A DNA stretch of 64,000 nucleotides from Sedimentisphaerales bacterium (lineage in GTDB: Bacteria; Planctomycetota; Phycisphaerae; Sedimentisphaerales; SM23-30). Of the stretch, positions 59,818 to 64,000 are shown one piece after another. Every line of letters begins with the position of its first letter. Positions within the stretch are counted from its first letter, which is position 1. The notes under the pieces are model-generated. The model saw nothing but the letters and a program-made list of their open reading frames with translations, did not search any database and had not been told where the DNA came from. The translations under genes were made by a program, and so were the position numbers. The stretch spans positions 242,025 to 306,024 of the forward strand of contig CAXXMR010000020.1 in assembly GCA_963663805.2 (NCBI GenBank). The letters are read 5' to 3'.

Positions 59818-61146
59818 TTAGGACCGCTCTTGTTGTTTGTCAACCTCGGCCTGGGAGCTGATGGAATTGATTTTTTTCCTGGCCAGACAGTCATCGGTCT
59901 GGATTATGTCCTGCACGGTTTTTATCGCTTCATCTGTCCCCTGTTCTTTAGCCATTTGGTAGATGCCGCTTATCAGGCGATGCAGCAGCTTGTTGACAAT
60001 GCGGTTGGAGGCCATTTCCAGTTTTAGTCGCTGAGCGGCATCGAGTTCTTTCTCCGAATGCAGGAATTCGAGCAGTTCGGCACGGCTGATGTCATGAAAT
60101 TTTTCTCTCAGTTTACCAATCATCGGCCCGACATCCATTATGCCGAACCAATCCATAAAACTTTCCAGGTTATCCGCGATAATCTTCTGGGCTTCACGCC
60201 GGTCTTCTTCGCGTATCGCGATGTTTTGCTGTACAACCGCGGCTAGATCATCGACACTGTAAAGGTAAACATCGTCCAGGTCGTTTACGCCGGGGTCAAA
60301 ATTCCGCGGTACAGCAATATCAATAATCAGCAGCGGACCTGCCTGACGTTTTTTAAGAAAAGATTTATCGAACAGGTAGTTCTGGGTTGTCGCCGCGGCG
60401 ATGATAATGTCATTTTGCCCTATCGTATTCGAAAGCTCGTCCCAGCGGCGAGATTGGATTTGATATTTACCTGCCATTTTCTCGGCCCGCTCGAAGGTGC
60501 GATTGTAGACGGTAATATCGCGGCTGTTCAGGTCGAGCAGATGGCGAATCAGCAGTTCGCCCATATCGCCGGCTCCGATCACGGCAACTTTGGCCTGGGA
60601 AATTTTTTCGATGAGCTGACACGCCAGTTCGATAGCAACGCCGGCAATGCTGACCCGCCGCTGAGCGATAGAGGTCGCGGTGTAGATTTCCTTGCCCGTC
60701 GTGAACGCACAGTGGAAAAGGCGATTGAGTACCTTATTGGTGCATTTACTCTTCGAGGCCAGAGCGTAGCTTTCCTTTACCTGAGCGAGAATCTGACCTT
60801 CGCCGATGACCATACTGTCGAGGCTGGCAGCGACTTTGAGCAGGTGTTCGACCGCTTTTTGCTCCTGATAAAAATACATATAGCGAGCGAATTCGCTGAT
60901 TTGTATATCACAAAAGCGCGAGAGAAAATGAATTAGTTCTGTCTGGTCGAAGTTGCTTTGCGGTTCCTGAGAATAATAAATCTCAGTGCGGTTACAGGTA
61001 GAGAGCATCACAAAACCAGCGTCGGAATAGAGGCTTTTAAGTTCGCTCAGGGCAGCGGTGGTTCTCTCCGGGGACAAGGCCAGCCGCTCGCGAATTGCGA
61101 CCGGTGCGGTTTTGTGGTTCAGGCCTGTAACAGAAATATTCATCAA
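59818..61146 (-). CDS. hemA: glutamyl-tRNA reductase
   Basis: GLNHKTAPV..RE, STCNRTE, GEGQIL.QVK, GAGDMG, DIAVPR. Confidence 0.96.
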   Translation of the reverse strand: MMNISVTGLNHKTAPVAIRERLALSPERTTAALSELKSLYSDAGFVMLSTCNRTEIYYSQEPQSNFDQTELIHFLSRFCDIQISEFARYMYFYQEQKAVEHLLKVAASLDSMVIGEGQILAQVKESYALASKSKCTNKVLNRLFHCAFTTGKEIYTATSIAQRRVSIAGVAIELACQLIEKISQAKVAVIGAGDMGELLIRHLLDLNSRDITVYNRTFERAEKMAGKYQIQSRRWDELSNTIGQNDIIIAAATTQNYLFDKSFLKKRQAGPLLIIDIAVPRNFDPGVNDLDDVYLYSVDDLAAVVQQNIAIREEDRREAQKIIADNLESFMDWFGIMDVGPMIGKLREKFHDISRAELLEFLHSEKELDAAQRLKLEMASNRIVNKLLHRLISGIYQMAKEQGTDEAIKTVQDIIQTDDCLARKKINSISSQAEVDKQQERS

Positions 61147-61154
61147 ATAAAATC

Positions 61155-62044
61155 TTACTCCCGCGTATCGATTTGTACTGGTTTACTATTGTCCGGGAAA
61201 TTGTGAGAAGACTTACATAATACCGCTGAGCCGACGAAGCTGAACAATATGAAAAACAGACTTACCAGAGAAATCCAGGCGATTTGTCTTTCGCGAATAA
61301 GTTTCAGATGTCGGGCCGCTAAAATGACTGCTGATAAAATCCATACAATGCCGACAGCTACTGTTTTGGCATCGAAAAGTAATTCACGCAGAGGTATGTT
61401 CAGGGTCTTTGATGAAATGAACGCTCCGCTTATGCCGCTGGCCAGACCCAGACTCACCAGAACGAATGCCGCTCGCAGGGCGAATAAATTGCATCTTTGA
61501 AGTCTTTGTAAACTGGGAAAAACTCCCACAACCTTTGTGATTTGCCTTTTTTTCAGCCGGTTTCCGGCCATTAGATAGAGCAAGCCCGAAACCGCTGCCA
61601 GCACCACCATCGCCGCCCCCAGAATCATGGCCAGACCGTGACTCAGGGCCCAGAATCTGGTGGCTTCTTCTGCCGGTCGGGCGGCCGGTCGGGCCACAAT
61701 AGTCGTCAGCAGTATCATGCCCAGCAGAATCCAGGTTATCGCCGAGCTGAACCATATCTGTTTGACGGCGAAGCTCAGAATAAGGTAACTCAGGTTGAAT
61801 ACAAGGGTTAGCAGGAGCATAGACTCGAACAGGCTGGTCAGCGGAAAGGCTTTGATGCTCAGGCCGCGTGAGGTAAGCAGGGCGGTTTCGAGGATGATTG
61901 GCAGGATTAGAACGTGTCTGAGCAGGGCGGGGGCGTTTTTTTTTGGGGTTTGGTGAGCTGGTAGGAACTCAGGTAAACCGTTGCGGCATAGGAGATTATT
62001 ACCGCAGTCAGCAAAACTATTTCTCGACCTGGCAAGCTCAACAT
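61155..62044 (-). CDS. CcsA/HemX-like membrane protein (frameshift in homopolymer tract ~61929-61948)
   Basis: ATG 62044 gives a hydrophobic helix; downstream frame has FPLTSLFES, H, PSL..L, D.K motifs; precedes hemA. Confidence 0.75.
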
Positions 62045-62276
62045 CTTTAATTACCTGGAGTTAAAGTTTGTTCGCTATTTTAACTTTTGGCTCATTATAG
62101 CCTGTTTTGACGGGAAAATCTTATAAATATATTAGTTATAGAGCCTTTTTTCGCGTTTTTTTTGATTTTTGGCGAGGTGGAACTATACTATATCACCTTT
62201 TTTTGGCAAATTTTCTCAAAAAAGTACTATATAGTACAGTTTCGTGAAATAGGGTTTGGGTTGGGGGATTTTTCTA

Positions 62277-62328
62277 TTGACATTATGGGGTCGGGATTGT
62301 TAGAATGCACCTGTTAAATCGATTTTAC
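62277..62328 (+). promoter_or_regulatory. sigma70 promoter with LacI-type operator
   Basis: TTGACA-18-TAGAAT followed by near-palindrome GTTAAATCGATTTTAC with central CG. Confidence 0.65.
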
Positions 62329-62399
62329 TAGTCAAAAACACGGTTTTTGGCCGAAAGAAGTAATGTTGATGATGTCAAAAAAAATTGCGGCAGGTGAAA

Positions 62400-63461
62400 A
62401 TGATTGTAACTCTCAAAGATATTGCCCGGCGAGCGGAGGTTTCTCCTTCTACGGTTTCTCTGGTTTTGAGCGATAAGGCGGGGCAGTATCGTTTTGCCCC
62501 GGAAACCGTAGCGAATGTGAGGCGTATAGCTGATGAGATGGGCTATCGTCCGAATCGGACGGCGACGGTTTTGCGTCATCAGAAGACTCATCTGATAGGT
62601 TTTATGGCGGGCGGTTATCGAATGCAGACTCAGGGTCAGCTTCTGGAGGGTCTTCATGACGTTTTTCAGAATGATTATGGTTTGTTGTCGGCTTTGCACA
62701 ATTTTGATATTGATGGTGAGCGTGACAGTCTGAATTATTTTATTGATAGTCGGGTCAGTGGGGTTGTGTCTTTCTGGTCGGGTGTGCCGGAGAATATACA
62801 GATATATCAGGAGATGGTGACAAAATACAAGATACCTTTGATTGTGATGGATCGTCCTATCCCCGATGTCAAGTCGCTGCTGTTTTTGCCTGATGACCAT
62901 GAGATGTCATCTATGGCGACACAGGCTGTTATTGATATGGGGCACAAAGAGATTATTTATGTGCCTTACAGTTCCCAGGGTACTTCGGGGCGTAAGTTTC
63001 AGGTTCAGGGTTATATGGATGCCATGAAGGATAATTCTCTGGGTGACAAAATTGATTGTATGAGTCTGGAGTATCCGGTGCCGGTTTTGTACAGCAAGGA
63101 ATATGAAAAGCATATCAAAACGTATACCAGGGAAATAGTTTCTTATTGTCTGGGTCGCTCGGTTCGCCCGACGGCGTTGGTTGTCCAGGATGACCTGCTG
63201 GCCTACGAGGTTTTGTTTCAATTGCGCGAGTCGGGTATTCGGGTTCCGGAAGACATGTCAGTTATCGGCATGGGTAATCGTCAGCCCAGTGCTTATTCGA
63301 TGATAAATCTGAGCAGTGTTGGTTCACAGTCTTTTGTGGAGAATGGTCGGATAATCGCCCGGCTGCTGCTGGATATGATTAACGGTGAGGAAGTAGATTC
63401 TCTTTATTACCGTCCTTTGGGCTTGTTTTTGCGGGGTACTACTAAAGAGTTGAAATCGTAA
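62400..63461 (+). CDS. LacI family transcriptional regulator
   Basis: TLKDIARRAEVS.STVS.VL, GYRPN, GIRVPEDMSVIG. Confidence 0.93.
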   Translation: MIVTLKDIARRAEVSPSTVSLVLSDKAGQYRFAPETVANVRRIADEMGYRPNRTATVLRHQKTHLIGFMAGGYRMQTQGQLLEGLHDVFQNDYGLLSALHNFDIDGERDSLNYFIDSRVSGVVSFWSGVPENIQIYQEMVTKYKIPLIVMDRPIPDVKSLLFLPDDHEMSSMATQAVIDMGHKEIIYVPYSSQGTSGRKFQVQGYMDAMKDNSLGDKIDCMSLEYPVPVLYSKEYEKHIKTYTREIVSYCLGRSVRPTALVVQDDLLAYEVLFQLRESGIRVPEDMSVIGMGNRQPSAYSMINLSSVGSQSFVENGRIIARLLLDMINGEEVDSLYYRPLGLFLRGTTKELKS

Positions 63462-63505
63462 AGTTGTAATTTTTTTTGTTACTGGAGTTTTGGAAAGGAG
63501 TAGAC

Positions 63506-64000
63506 ATGATGAAGAAGACATTTCTATTGATTAGTGTTCTCTTGTTGGCAGGGAGGGGCTGGGCGGATTTGCCGGTCACTCAGGATTTAATTTTGCATCT
63601 GGCCGGTGATGTGGTGACCAGCAGCGGCGGTGTGGTGACGGCCTGGCCTGACCAGTCGGGTTTGGGTAATGACGCGTTGCCCAAGGATTCGAGCTACAAC
63701 CCGGCTTTGGAGGCTGGTGTAGCCAACGGCTATGACGCGGTTGATTTTGCTGGTGGCAAGGCTTTGGCGGTTGCGTCTTCGTCGGATTTTGACAGTTCGG
63801 CGTTGACGTTTTTGGTAGTTTATAAACTGCCGGACAATCCCAATACGACCAGTTTGCTGCCGATTTTGTGTGGTTCACACGATATGGGCTACAACAGTGG
63901 TGAGTTTAACCATTCAGGTGTGCGGATGACGTGGGGTCTGACAACTACAGATGGCAAGCTGAAGGCTCATTGCCTAACGGAAGATGGTGTCTGGGCGGGC
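63506..64000 (+). CDS. secreted LamG-like protein, truncated by window end
   Basis: AAGGAG RBS, MMKKTFLLISVLLLAG signal peptide, LILHL, VTAWPDQSG.GNDA. Confidence 0.75.
   Translation, partial: MMKKTFLLISVLLLAGRGWADLPVTQDLILHLAGDVVTSSGGVVTAWPDQSGLGNDALPKDSSYNPALEAGVANGYDAVDFAGGKALAVASSSDFDSSALTFLVVYKLPDNPNTTSLLPILCGSHDMGYNSGEFNHSGVRMTWGLTTTDGKLKAHCLTEDGVWAG

Noticed and set aside
23931..61948. Programmed frameshifting or phase variation as the cause of the broken genes
   Set aside because: Runs are mostly short (3-6 nt) and in unrelated housekeeping genes; sequencing error is more parsimonious

Overview
Bacterial chromosomal window, most likely an anaerobic planctomycete (Phycisphaerae/Sedimentisphaerales-like; inferred from dockerin-like protein tails, a prepilin-type protein, an ECF/anti-sigma pair and URO-D-like paralogues). 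Housekeeping genes include leuS, tatC, lpxB, mutL, hflX, ald, a UbiD-family decarboxylase, tRNA-Leu(TAG), tmRNA and a siroheme-dependent (ahb) heme operon. Carbohydrate genes include a GT3-like glycogen synthase, two sialidases and Gfo/DUF1080/TIM-barrel enzymes. The most interesting loci are: (1) a Maf-type glycosylation operon with a B12-dependent radical SAM domain fused to a NeuB synthase and a spiro-SPASM-like protein lacking its radical SAM cysteines; (2) a ParA ATPase fused to a glycogen-binding CBM48 domain, with a partner gene and a leader carrying CsrA-type sites; (3) nikR divergent from a secreted protein and a pilin-like gene, with a tandem operator; (4) several dispersed intergenic repeat families, one always oriented the same way just upstream of start codons. 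At least five genes have frameshifts at homopolymer runs, probably long-read assembly errors, so fusions and gene ends need read-level checks. All calls come from reading motifs by eye; no database searches were run.
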